A stretch of DNA of 64,000 nucleotides. It comes from Selaginella moellendorffii. Taxonomy: Eukaryota; Plantae; Lycopodiophyta. A model generated the notes under the pieces. That model searched no databases. It saw nothing but the letters and a program-made list of their open reading frames with translations, and was not told where the DNA came from. The stretch lies in NCBI RefSeq assembly GCF_000143415.4, contig NW_003314306.1:714897-778896 (forward strand), written 5' to 3'. Every line of letters starts with the position of its first letter. Position 1 is the first letter of the stretch. A program made the translations under genes and the position numbers. Positions 24,736-36,250 of the stretch are shown here, in pieces.

Positions 24736-26882
24736 AACCTATTGAACAGGTCCTCAATCCTTGGCAAAGGGTACTTATTTTTCTTTGTATACTTGTTGAG
24801 CAACCAATAGTCTATGCACATGCGCATAAATCCATCTTTCTTCTTCACAAATAACACCGGCGCCCCATATGACAACTTGCTCAACCTAACATACCCTTTG
24901 TCCACCAACTCCTTTAGTTGGCACTTGAGCTCCTCGAGTTCCTTTTCATTCAAACAATAGGGGGGACGAACCACTGCCTCAGCACCCTCGACTAGCTCAA
25001 TTTTATGTTCTATCGGTCGTGCGGGGGGCAACCCCGCTGGTAGCTCCTCCGGCATGGTATCCTGGAATTGGTCTAACACCTGTTGGATCACTAAAGGTAC
25101 TTCTTCTGTTCCCGTCTTTTTGTCACTCTTCACCGAGAGTAAGCACCAAAATGCTGCCTTGGTTCCTTTAGTATGTTGTCCTCTCGTGAACACCAGGTTT
25201 AGGCATGAATCTTTGGCCTTGCATTGCCCTACCTTTAGATCCTGGGCCTCCACCCTGGATCTTCTTCCTTGGGCATTCGCTAGTACCATAAGGTTCCTAC
25301 CTTGTCCATGCAAGGCTACCACGAATCGATTGAACTAGTCCATCCCAAAGATCACGTGAAATCCTGCCATGTCTAACATGGTGAAATCTATGTCTACTTT
25401 CCATGTCCCTACTTTGACTCTCGCTTGTCAAAGTACCTCATCGGTGCTTTGGCTACCTTGAACAAACTCTATAGTCCTTAGTTCGCCTTGCCGCTGCACC
25501 GTTAGTCCGGCTTTTTGGACTATGTTTGCAGCTACAAAATTATCCGAAACACCTGTGTCAATAAGGATCTTAATAAAGCTACCTTTGAGCTTCCCTTGGA
25601 GGGTTAGTAGATGTCACGAACGACTCTCTACCAAAGTTGCTCGTGTAATGAGTAACTTTGAGCTAGGGACTAGATCATATACCTTAGTTTGGATTTCACC
25701 CGACTTAATGGCCATATTGGCTTTGGCCTTCTTCGGGTAGGGACATTCCCTTGAAAAGTGTTCCGCTTCACCACAGTTGTAGCATACGTTGTTTCCCACG
25801 CTGCTAACTGACTTGACCTTCTTATCTATGGGTTTGTCTCTTTTTGCTTAACTCCCCCACGTACTTGCTCGCTGGCCGCCGGATTTGCCTTTCCGGAACC
25901 CCGAGGACTCATTCTTAGAGAAACTCTTCTTGAATTTCCCTCTGCTATAGGTTCCCCTTAGTTTGGCCCCTTTGCTAAACTTGGACCCCGATCCCATTGT
26001 GTTCCCCTTTTGCAGGTTATCATTGAAATGCATCTTGATGGCCGCATCCAACGCTTCCTTGTAGTTGGTTGGGTTCCAATGCATCACCTCACCGGGAGCC
26101 CAAGTTTGCAAGCCTGATATGAAGGCATGGAACGCATCCATATCCCCCATGTCCGTGACAAGTATCCTCTTTGCCATAAACCCATTCACATACTCCTGAA
26201 TGGTTCCGGTCTACTTCAGCCTACTTAGCTTGTCTCTTAGATGCAAAGTAGCATTCGGAGGAATGTAAGTCGCGCAGATCCTCACCTTCATCATTTCCCT
26301 AGTGGCCACCAGTCCTTCGTTGGCCTCTGTCATTCTTCACCAAGACTTGGCATTATCTGCCAAGTATGGTTTTGCACATGGGACCTTCTCTGAGCTTGGT
26401 AACTACAATGCTCGGAAGTAGTCCTCCATATCGTAAAACCAATCCTTCACCACCTTATAGTCATTCACTCCCTTAAAGACCAGTGGAGGCTTTGGTTTGT
26501 AGTTGGGAACTGCTTGAGGGACTGATTCCACTTCAGTCTGTTCGACCTTGTTTGGTTTTGCCTCAGTCCCTGCCGAAGGGTCCGTACCTTCTGCACTGCT
26601 AGCATCCGCAGTTTTTTGCCTTTTCTTCTGCTTCTTGTCACGTTTTAGCTTGCATACGAGATTCTCCAGCAGGGCATTGGTCTGTGCCAATTATCTTTCT
26701 AGCACGTCCAATCGAGCTTTGGACAACAGAACCTCACCACCGGACTCCTGTTTGGAAGTTTCCTCACTGGAGTCCTCCTCATGCAAGGATTCCTCATCCA
26801 TAGCCTTTTGTTCGACCGGAGGCTCTAGCTCTGGTGGAGGTTCCGTCTCCGCCTTGGTTCGTTTCTGCCCTACCTTTGCCAT
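24736..26882 (-). pseudogene. gypsy gag-protease-5' RT remnant (second, near-identical copy)
   Basis: ORFs 26691-26882, 26403-26690, 25848-26189, 25614-25799 and 24732-25322. The last three closely match the ORF at 21782-23554. Confidence 0.9.
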
Positions 26883-27872
26883 CTCCCAGCAATTTGCCTC
26901 TATCCTTCGCTAGAACTGAGGAAAAGGCTCCGATACAAAATTGTAAGCCACAAATTTTTCCTTTCCAATTTGCCAACTTACCTCGTCTATCCGACCAACA
27001 CTGCCTTGGCTTTTCCTAAGTTCCCTCGCCATGGTTCTTGCCTATTGTACTAGCTCCTACTTGGTCCTACTTAGTTTCAGCTACTCACTACATGAGCAAC
27101 AGAGCGTTACCCATCCATCCACGAATTCCCAAATCTCTCCTAATCTTCCTCCCCGGGTTAGATTGGATTTAAGGTTCGGCTACACTCCCCGCAGGCACAA
27201 GAAGCCAAACACACCAAGCCTCCAGGTTCCTAACATCCCTTGGTACAACAAAACTTGATTATGGGACTCTAAATCCCAAGCCTTGGGTGCAACACTTGCT
27301 TTGGGACATCGGGGCAAAACACCGTGGCTTAACGGCCCGATATGGGTACCTATAGCCCCCCACTTCCATCCCGAAGGGAAGGCCCAAGCCCCTAGGAAGG
27401 GTGAGGACCAATGAGCCATAAGGTACTCAAAAGCTCTATTTCGTTAAAGTGGGAATTGTCATTATCCCACTTGTAAAATAAGGTTTCCAAACCTTTATAT
27501 AGTATATAAATATAACAAAATTCAACTGCATTGAGGCACATGCCATTTTATTTTAAACAAGGAAATGTCTACTCAATCACTTCTCCTCCCCCTGCCACTG
27601 CTTCACCTCTCTCTTCTCCTTGTCATCGTCATCCAATTTCTTTCCATCCTTTTAATATTGGCTCAGTTGCTCCGAGTCTAGGTGGAGCCCAAGTCCCCAT
27701 TCAATCTTTACTTTCCCCTTATTAATAAAACAACTTCGTAGACTTCCAATAACATGCTGTAACACTTCTAGTATAATGCAAATCCTCTCAAAGAATTGTC
27801 TTTTAATATTAATACAATTGCATGGAACCCCATGCCATAATAAGTTACATTTTTAAATAAATACATGCCATC

Positions 27873-30800
27873 TCAGACTATTATTTTTTGCCTCCAACAC
27901 CTATACAATAATCTTGGAATTTCATCACTCTCCACACTATCAGGATTTAAACCCAATAGTAATGCCATCTCTTCTCTAATACGTCCACGCTCATGTTCAG
28001 TGGTCGAAGAACCCATCCGGTTGAGCAGATTATGGAGATGCGGATAGTGCTTGGCTAGACAATATACATGCCATAAATGATGACTGGTGTCTGTCCGATT
28101 AAATGGCTTCTGATATACCGTTCCATCTGCCATTTGGTTGATTTCTGCAGCCACCTCCTGGACTGACCGGTTCTCTATCACCATCGCTCCAAGCCGTTTT
28201 GCAAGGTCCCCCAGAACATACGGTTTCTTCTCCCTAGTTTCCATACTGCAAGAGATGGGGTGCACTGCATATGTGTGCATGTTCGCTGCAGTTTTAATCG
28301 GCGAGTCATCGATGATGAGGATTTCACTTGACCTAGTAGTCCGGTTCATCACTACAGCCTCTGGCTTGACGAAGATGGGCTTGCTACCCCTCACATGGAC
28401 CATAGTTAAGCAATCCTCCTGCGTTAGGAGAAAGTCAAATGGTAATATTACTCGCGTTTGATTGTGCATCATCTGTAGCAACGTTAATGCATTGTGGTGC
28501 ATCATGGATGTCCAAACTCCCAATTGCAAATTGAACCTGGCCCTCTGTTTTAAGTGTCGCATGGTCATTATTAGATCCCGCAGTTTCTCCCGTGTGATTA
28601 ATGTGAATCTGTCTCTTTTGACCAACTTGCGACCGCAGGCTTTGGAGGGTGCAGTGACATTCGAGGACGAGCCACGCTCATGGGAGAAAAGGACACCGTT
28701 CAGATCAAAAACGATACAGTACCTTCGCCGTGACTCTGAAATGAAATGTGTCAGCATAAAAAATGGTACAAGTCAATTTTACCATCTACAATATTAGCGA
28801 ATGGTGCTCCCGATGGTTGTTGAGAGGGTTTTGGTCGAGGAAACGTGAAGGGCGGAAATACTCTCCTCTGCAATGTGGGGTCAATCGCATCCGATGGCGT
28901 GTGGGCACATGCCATTTCAGCTGTAGACTCTGGTACAACTGGCTCAATAGTGGCATGGGGTAGTTCCGATGGCGTGTGATCATACGCCATTTCAGCTGGT
29001 GCCTCCATTGGCAAAGTGGACATGATTGAACAGGCAGCAGGGGGCAGTGTAGGGAGGTTCCAACGGCGCGTAGTCAGACGATTGGGCACACGTTGAGTCC
29101 GTTGGAAATGAGGATACGACTGGCTCGGCGGCTGGGGCGGCCTCATGCGGGTCCAATGGCACCTGGTCACCGTCAGTTGGATACGTGGACAAGATTGACT
29201 CAGTGGTATGGGCAGTATCAAGTGGAGCGTGGTCAGCTTGCTTGGCGTTGATATGGATAGTAGCCTCCACCAGCTCTGATGACTCTTGCAGGCAAGTAGA
29301 GTCCACTAGCGGATCCATATGCATGTCCAAATATCTCCCTTCGATTGAGATGGTATCCTCCCGTGCTACTAAAAACAAACTCATTAGCACATTGAATCGA
29401 CTATATTGTATTTACCATCAACTGCTATTGAGGAACTAGGACCGATATCATTTGGGCGCACTGCTGATTCTGAAGGATTGGACATACGTTTCGACCCTTG
29501 CTTGGCACTATCCTTCCTCGACACTAAAGGCTAGAGTTTATAAATTCAACTGAATAATCTCTATTTACCATTTGCTCTGCGACCTACATGGACAATGTTA
29601 GAAATGGTAAAAGGTTAGGAATGGATGTACTATTATTTACCTGATGGTTTGTCTTGTATGACCTTCCTCCGCTGCTCTTTGGCCACCTCAGGCTGGCCAT
29701 CGTCGTCATCATCGTCGTCATCGTTATTGTGATCGTCACCATTGTGAGGACCATCCAAGTCCTCTTCGTCCTCCTCTTCTTCGTCCTCCTCTTCTTTGTC
29801 CTCCTCTTCGTCCTTCTGCTCTTCCTGCTCATTATCTTTCTCTGGCTCCTCATCCCCCTCCTGCATTTCTTCCATAGGCTGCTCAGGCTGGATGGCTTGT
29901 TCTTCCAGGACCATCTTGGGAAAATCATCTGGCCGAGTCTCCATCTCAAAATACAAGACATCCATAGCCTGTTTTAGTGTGTGACCTAGGACCGTATCCT
30001 CACTCGACTGTCTTAACATGGTTTCTGCACATTCTTGCACCCTTCGAAGACGACGAGATGAGAAAAACGTGGCCCTGACTTGAAAAGCATCCCTCATCCA
30101 TTGTACCTCTCCATTAAGATTGGGGAAGGGGAGTCCGCCATAGGAATCTAAGTCAGGAGGTGGTGACTGGCTGCTTTCACTCAGCCCTTGATCTGCAATG
30201 AATGGCATGAGCACACATGCCATAACCGCGAGGCATTACCTATCATTTTTTCGTTGCCCTTCTTCCTTTTCGAATCAAATGCCTCTGATCCCGACGACTG
30301 TCCAACGTGCTTTCGCTCTTTATGACCACTGTCAGTTTGAGCTTGGCTGGTGCTTGCCTGTTTTGCCTTTGAAGAAGTGTCTCCTGCAAGGAATGGCATG
30401 AGACCACACGCCATTGCAAATATAATTTGTACCTCCTTTTTTCCTATTGCTTGTCTGTTTGTCCTTCTTCGACGCGCCACTAGTGCGCTTTTCAGTCCTC
30501 GTGTCTGAATATTCACAACGATCTATAATCAAAATGGCGTGAGGCCTCACGTGACCTTACCTTGTGCAGGTTGTGAGCTTGGCCCAACATGGGTATCTTC
30601 AACAGTAGCTGTTAACGCCGTTTCAGCATTTGGGGGTGGCCACGCTCCTGCATACAGAGCTTGTGAGATAACATTTAAACTTAAAGTGCGTACTCACCAA
30701 GTTCGCAGAGAAGATACTATTTTTCTTTGGCAACTGTAATTATATGCTCCATTGAAGTCACCTCTTCAATGGAGTTTGTCACCACAACACACGGGACACC

Positions 30801-33230
30801 CTTGAGTAGTGCGGCTCGAAAGAATTGTCCGCCACAGTTGTACTCGACAATGCATTTGCCCTTGGAGTCGGAAGCAGGTGACCCACCCGCTATTGCGTTG
30901 AAGACCCAGCTGAGCATTTCCCATGCTGCACCTGGAGCTTTCTTTGGATTCGAAAGCTCCATAGCCGTCTTCAGTTCCTCAGGCACGGGTAAATTGACCT
31001 CCCTCAGATCAATTCGATCGGCCTTGTCGAACGAAGCTGGGAAGTCACTCCAGTCCCACTCTGCTGCAGGACCAATAACAAGGGCGAGTGTGAAGATGCA
31101 GACATTCGTCGGTATCTTCTTCTTAGCCATTATCCCATGGATCTCCCGCATCTCCTTGCCTTTCAACCGAGCCTTCACCTCGTTCAAGGCCTTCCAAAAC
31201 TTGTGATAGGATTCGGAGTCATAGATCATATAGTGGACTGAAGATTCCACCTCCGCAAGTCCCACCATTAAGTCAATGATGGAGCTGACTTTGTCTGCAT
31301 GAGTGATCTCCTTGTTTGTGAAGTCCATCACACAAAAGATGTTCTTGACCTGCTCATCTCCGCGGGAAACGATGCTCCTCCACCTTTGATCCTCATCCGA
31401 ATTCACGTATACCCGGTAAGGTTCTCGATAGGCCTCTGCTACGGGGTTGAGCTGTTTCTGAAGCCGGCGGTCGACATCCCTCTTAATGAAATTTGGATAC
31501 TGATCCAACTTCTCAGCTTTACTTTTCATGGCATCCCACAGCAGATCAATGAACTTGGGGGCCCCCTTCACGTACTCGTCGATGTCTTCATTTGACAACT
31601 CCAGCGCTTCCATCATCTCTTGCGTGGTGTCGATGCTCACCCTCTCCATGGCCACTTGCTCGAAGATCCAATCCTTCAATAGTGCACAAGCTCTCAGAGT
31701 CGTGCACAAGTCCTCGTATGTCACAATATGGCCGGGAGTCATTTTGGTCTTGTTGAAGACTACCTCACCACATAGAAGAGCATTAGCCACTGTCAGAAGG
31801 TCGTCGTCGTCTAGAGACCGCGAGAAATGCAAGGCGTTGAGCTTCAAATCATTGGGCTTCCGGCCGTCCTCCATACCCATTGAGTTTAGTAACTCCCCGT
31901 CATGGTACCTCCTCAGCACATCTACCCATTTGTCAAAAACAACTTTTGTCGCGAGTAGAATGTTATGGATGCTGAGTGTGTCATTGACCCCCAGTGTTTT
32001 CGAGAGAAGACTCGAGAATTCCTGCAATGGAAATGGCGTGAGGCCACATGCTATGCCACATGCAACGAGGCTTACCTGCCAGGCGCTAGTTGCTAGTGCA
32101 CGTCCTTGTCCTGGTTTTTGTGGCTTCTTTAGTTGAACCCAGAGCTTCCGTGTTCGTGCCAATGTCTCGTGCAGACCTGATTTGTAGCACGTTTCTTGCT
32201 TGACATTCTGCGCGTGGGAGATGTATATGATAGATCGGAGGGGCGAGTTGCCTTTTATTAGGCGGACAACTCTTGTCTTGAAGACTTTCTTCACCTCCTC
32301 GCCCACCATAATATCCACAACTATCTCTTGCATCGCCAAGCTAGAATCCTGCCCGGATACGGCATAGAACCGGATGTTCTGATCGTCCAACACCTTCCTA
32401 TTGATCAAGTTTGGAAACCTCGTCTCGCCCTTCATTGTTCGGTAGTAGGGGATCACGTCTGCGATGTCGGGTGTTACTGGACTTGCCAGCATCTTCAGTT
32501 TCAGTTTCTCCACCCACTCATCAGATACTAGCTTGTGGTTGTATTTGCTTTGGATGTCGATACGGCTCATGTCGATTGTATATACTTTGTTGGAATAGTA
32601 ACAAATACTATTATCTGCAACGATTTTTGCTGCCTCTTCTTGCTCTTTCTGCTCTTTGTGGCTCTTCTTTTTGGTGGGTGTAGTGTTCGAACCTGAGGCA
32701 ATGGCATCACCGAGTAGCTTCTTTTTTGGAGCAGGAGAGTCGGACGTCGACTTGAGCTTGACCACCCTTTTCTGCTTCGGGGTAGTTTCCAGATCGACCC
32801 CCTTCCCCTTCGCTTTGCGAACTGGAGGCACTCTCAACAGCTCAATGTTGGAATATAGTTTTTGAACATTGCCGTAGGTGAGGTCCGTGGATTTCATGTG
32901 ATCTTTATAGACCCGCAGCGTCTTTGAAATTGTGGGCCTCCTGGACAACCGCTCCCTAGCTCCCTCTAGGAATTCCTCATAGCCGCTGCCCCCCTCCGGG
33001 AAGCCACTAGGATGTGCAAGGTGGACATTGAAGGTGGACGCTGTCTCTACCACAAGTGCCAGTCCATATTCTTGCATGGAACTGCATGGAGTGTCTCTCA
33101 CTTGGATGAGGATCCCCATGCATTCTTTTCTCCCACCATCTGTGTTGTACAGCCTTAGATCCTCACCTTCCATCCCAAAAGTCCAACTGGTGAGCTCCTC
33201 CCCCTTCTCTGCATCCACATTGACAGTGGC
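27873..33230 (-). pseudogene. Transposon cargo gene: ParB-like domain + degenerate DNA amino-methyltransferase-like fold + acidic linker + FCP1/NIF-type HAD phosphatase; multi-exon, start not defined; premature stop at 30717 and frameshift near 29040
   Basis: ParB-like IDMSRI...WVEKLKLKML...FYAVSGQDSSLA; MTase-like NPKK...IVEYNCGGQFFRAALLKG; HAD motifs IVFDLNGVL, LGVWTSM and IIDDSPIK. The chain of short GT-AG introns keeps frame (checked in copy 2). Confidence 0.7.
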
Positions 33231-35879
33231 TGGAAGAAGAACGCAATTCCTCGCCTATTCAGAAATGCACAACAATTAGAGCTGACAAATGAAAAGCTTG
33301 CAGCTGGAAATAACGTGAGGCCACACGCCATTCACCACTGCATCAGATGTCTTGAGGCTGCATCCTAAGATGGCGTGAGGCTACACGCCATCTGTAACCG
33401 GACTGCACTCGAGAGCCCAATCGGTGCATGCCAATGTTGCTACTGAATGGCATGTGGCCTCATGCCATTTTCTATTTGGCCTAAAAGACTTACCATTTGA
33501 AGCCGAATGGAGGCGTGACAATCGAGGCCGGACTCGCTGGCGAATGTGCACTGTGTGTGCAGCGGATCTTAGCAGCAAGGCTACTCTGCCACTTACAGTT
33601 GGAGAGTGGCACTGAAATCTCCCGGGACGCCAAGTGGGCTGCGTGTGGGTGGCGGAGTGGGCGGCGGAGTTGGCGGCGAAATTACAAACTGGGTGTGTCT
33701 TGAAGTGGACGCCGATGCACACGAGCGCAATGCGAGCGCGAGTGTGATGCAAGCGCGAGTGGACGCCGATGCACACGAGAAACCTGTAGAGAAGGTAGAT
33801 GAGCGCGAATGTGAGCGTGATCGCGAGTGGGAGCGCGATGCGAGCGCGAGTGTGCGAGCGCGAGTACGAAGCAAAATGCAAAACCTAACCTCACACATGC
33901 GAAATGTCACGACGGTTGGTAATCCCGCCACGTCATCATTCCTCGGACTTGGGCGCCACCATTAATTTCTGGATCGCCGCGCGCATGCATGCACGTGAAA
34001 TCCAAAAGAAATCCGCAACGTCATCATTCCTCGGACTACATGCACACGAAATCCAAAAGAAAGATCATGATTGGGATACCATTTAATACCCTCGCTATAT
34101 TTATACCATGCATGATTGGATATTCCAAAGCATCTTGTATTTCCAAAAATGCCAGATGTTCAACTAAATAAAGAATGGTATACAAATCCCAAAAAATGCA
34201 CCAAAAAATGCTCGGCGTCATCTGGCGTTATCTCTTGAATGGCGTGGGGCCGCATGCCATTTTCAGGGGCACATAGGAGTATATTCCTAGAATATTCTGA
34301 CACGCGCGAGATTTTTTTGAGTTTTCTGGAGATCCAACCGTTAGATCGCAACTAGATTTTACAGAATGGTATACAATGTCTTTCTTGATGACCCTGCAAA
34401 GAAGCATCTCGATCGGACACCATATGAGACCACACAAGCCTTACAATATTTCAGGGGCATTTGCCATAGATCCGACCATTATTTTGCTCCAAGATTTTAC
34501 AGTTTGGTGTGCATTGACCTTTCCATCGACACTGCAAAGGGACATCACAATCAGATGCGGGATCACAAGAAACCAACTTCACTAACTCTGGTTTCACCAA
34601 GATCTATGTAAGGAGTTATGAAATGAAAGGACCCTCTCTATTGAAATGTGTTTATGGTCCTAAGGGCATTGTGACATATCAAAAGATTTTGCATCAAGTT
34701 CTGTATTTGCATGTTTATCAAGCTACTGAATTGCTAAACCCTAAACCCTAACCCTAAACATGTGGCAAATGTTGCGTGAAGAAAGATGCCCTTTCTGGGC
34801 AAATGCTGTAAGAGGCAGATGCCGAGCAGATGTATCTCAGGCTAGCGAAGGGGACAAACGAAAGCTAGCTATAAACATGTTGGGATGCAAATAGATTACT
34901 AGGCTGGTCCTACGAAAATTAAAAACCATAATTGAAAACATTGAAAATGCAAAAAGAAAGGTTTATAATATTTTTGAATTTTAAGCAACCAAAGGAATGT
35001 AAGTAGGGCATGTGTTTGTAAGTTTAAAAATGCCTCAACCACTTAAATTCCCAAGTAAATAAAGCTGTTTCTATTTTTGGTACAGGTAAACTTTATAGCA
35101 TGTGGGCTCATGCAATTTTGAACCCAAAAATGCACCAAAAAATGCTCGACTAGCATTATTCTTTGAATGGTGTATGGCCTTATATTGCCATAAATGGACG
35201 TACACACACAACATAATTATTCCTTTACACGGCAAATAATCTTGGCGCGGATCGCTAACACGGCATGGCAAAGTTCGAATCACTGACATGGCACAGCTGG
35301 ATCGAGGCAAGGACATGATGTGACAAAGTTCAACCTTCGACAGCAAAGTCTAGAAGCTACTCAGTTTGAAATTTGTCAGAGGAATCATAAGATCTGGTTT
35401 GTCAGAGGATTTGATGTGACGTTCAAGCGTGTGTTATTTTTGAATTCTCGAACTCATTCCTAGGTCTATCATTTTTGTGCGCCGTGTTCTTGGTTCCGCT
35501 GAGCGCAGTGAGCGCTGCTTGTGTAAGCAGCGTTGTGAGTTGTGGTTTATGCGTCTACAAGCGGTTGCGGCATTGCGAGCGCCAGTGCGAGCGGCAGTTT
35601 ATGCGAGTGGCAGTTTGTGCGAGCGGCGCTACGAGCAGTTGCGGTGTTGCGAGCGGCGCTACGAGTAGTTGCAGTGTTGTGAGCGGCACTGTCTTTGGTG
35701 TGGCTACCGCTTCCTCTTGATATTTGGCACTTGTGCTTCTTGGTATGTTCACCATGGAATGGCTTAGGACCACATTTAGAAATGGCATGAGGCCACATGC
35801 CATCTTGGGCCCTTGCAATTTCATGGCTAGCGTATTGTCATGTATGTTTTTACTTGCCTGCAGCTGTGTGTATATCAAG

Positions 35880-36071
35880 ATGGCATGAGGCCTCATGCCA
35901 TCTTTGGCCCCTGCTAGCCTATTGCCATATTCCTTTTGCTTTGCTGCAACTGTATATATTTTTGTATGGGTGACTAGTCACGCACACAAAAATATATACA
36001 GTTGCAGCAAGGGAAAAGGAATATAGCAACAGGCTAGTAGGGGCCAAAGATAGCGTGAGGTGTCATGCCAT
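35880..36071. repeat. ~190-bp loopless inverted repeat upstream of the transposase
   Basis: Arms meet at GTGACT|AGTCAC; about 7 mismatches over the inner 74 bp; both ends are copies of the 22-bp palindrome. Confidence 0.9.
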
Positions 36072-36250
36072 TAGTGGTACCACTAATGGCATGAGGGCTC
36101 ATGCCAATTTTGTGAATGCGAAATTTCACGTGGGTGTCAATAGCATGTTTGAATAATGGCATGTGGCCTCATGCTATTTGGTATGTTATGATTTATGCCA
36201 TTCTTCAATCATTTTTTGTATGGTCTTAACTTCTTTTCTACACTTTCAGA

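Noticed and set aside
34734-34759. CTAAACCCTAAACCCTAACCCTAAAC telomere-like repeat
   Set aside because: Only 3-4 units; telo-box-like tracts are common in plant DNA.
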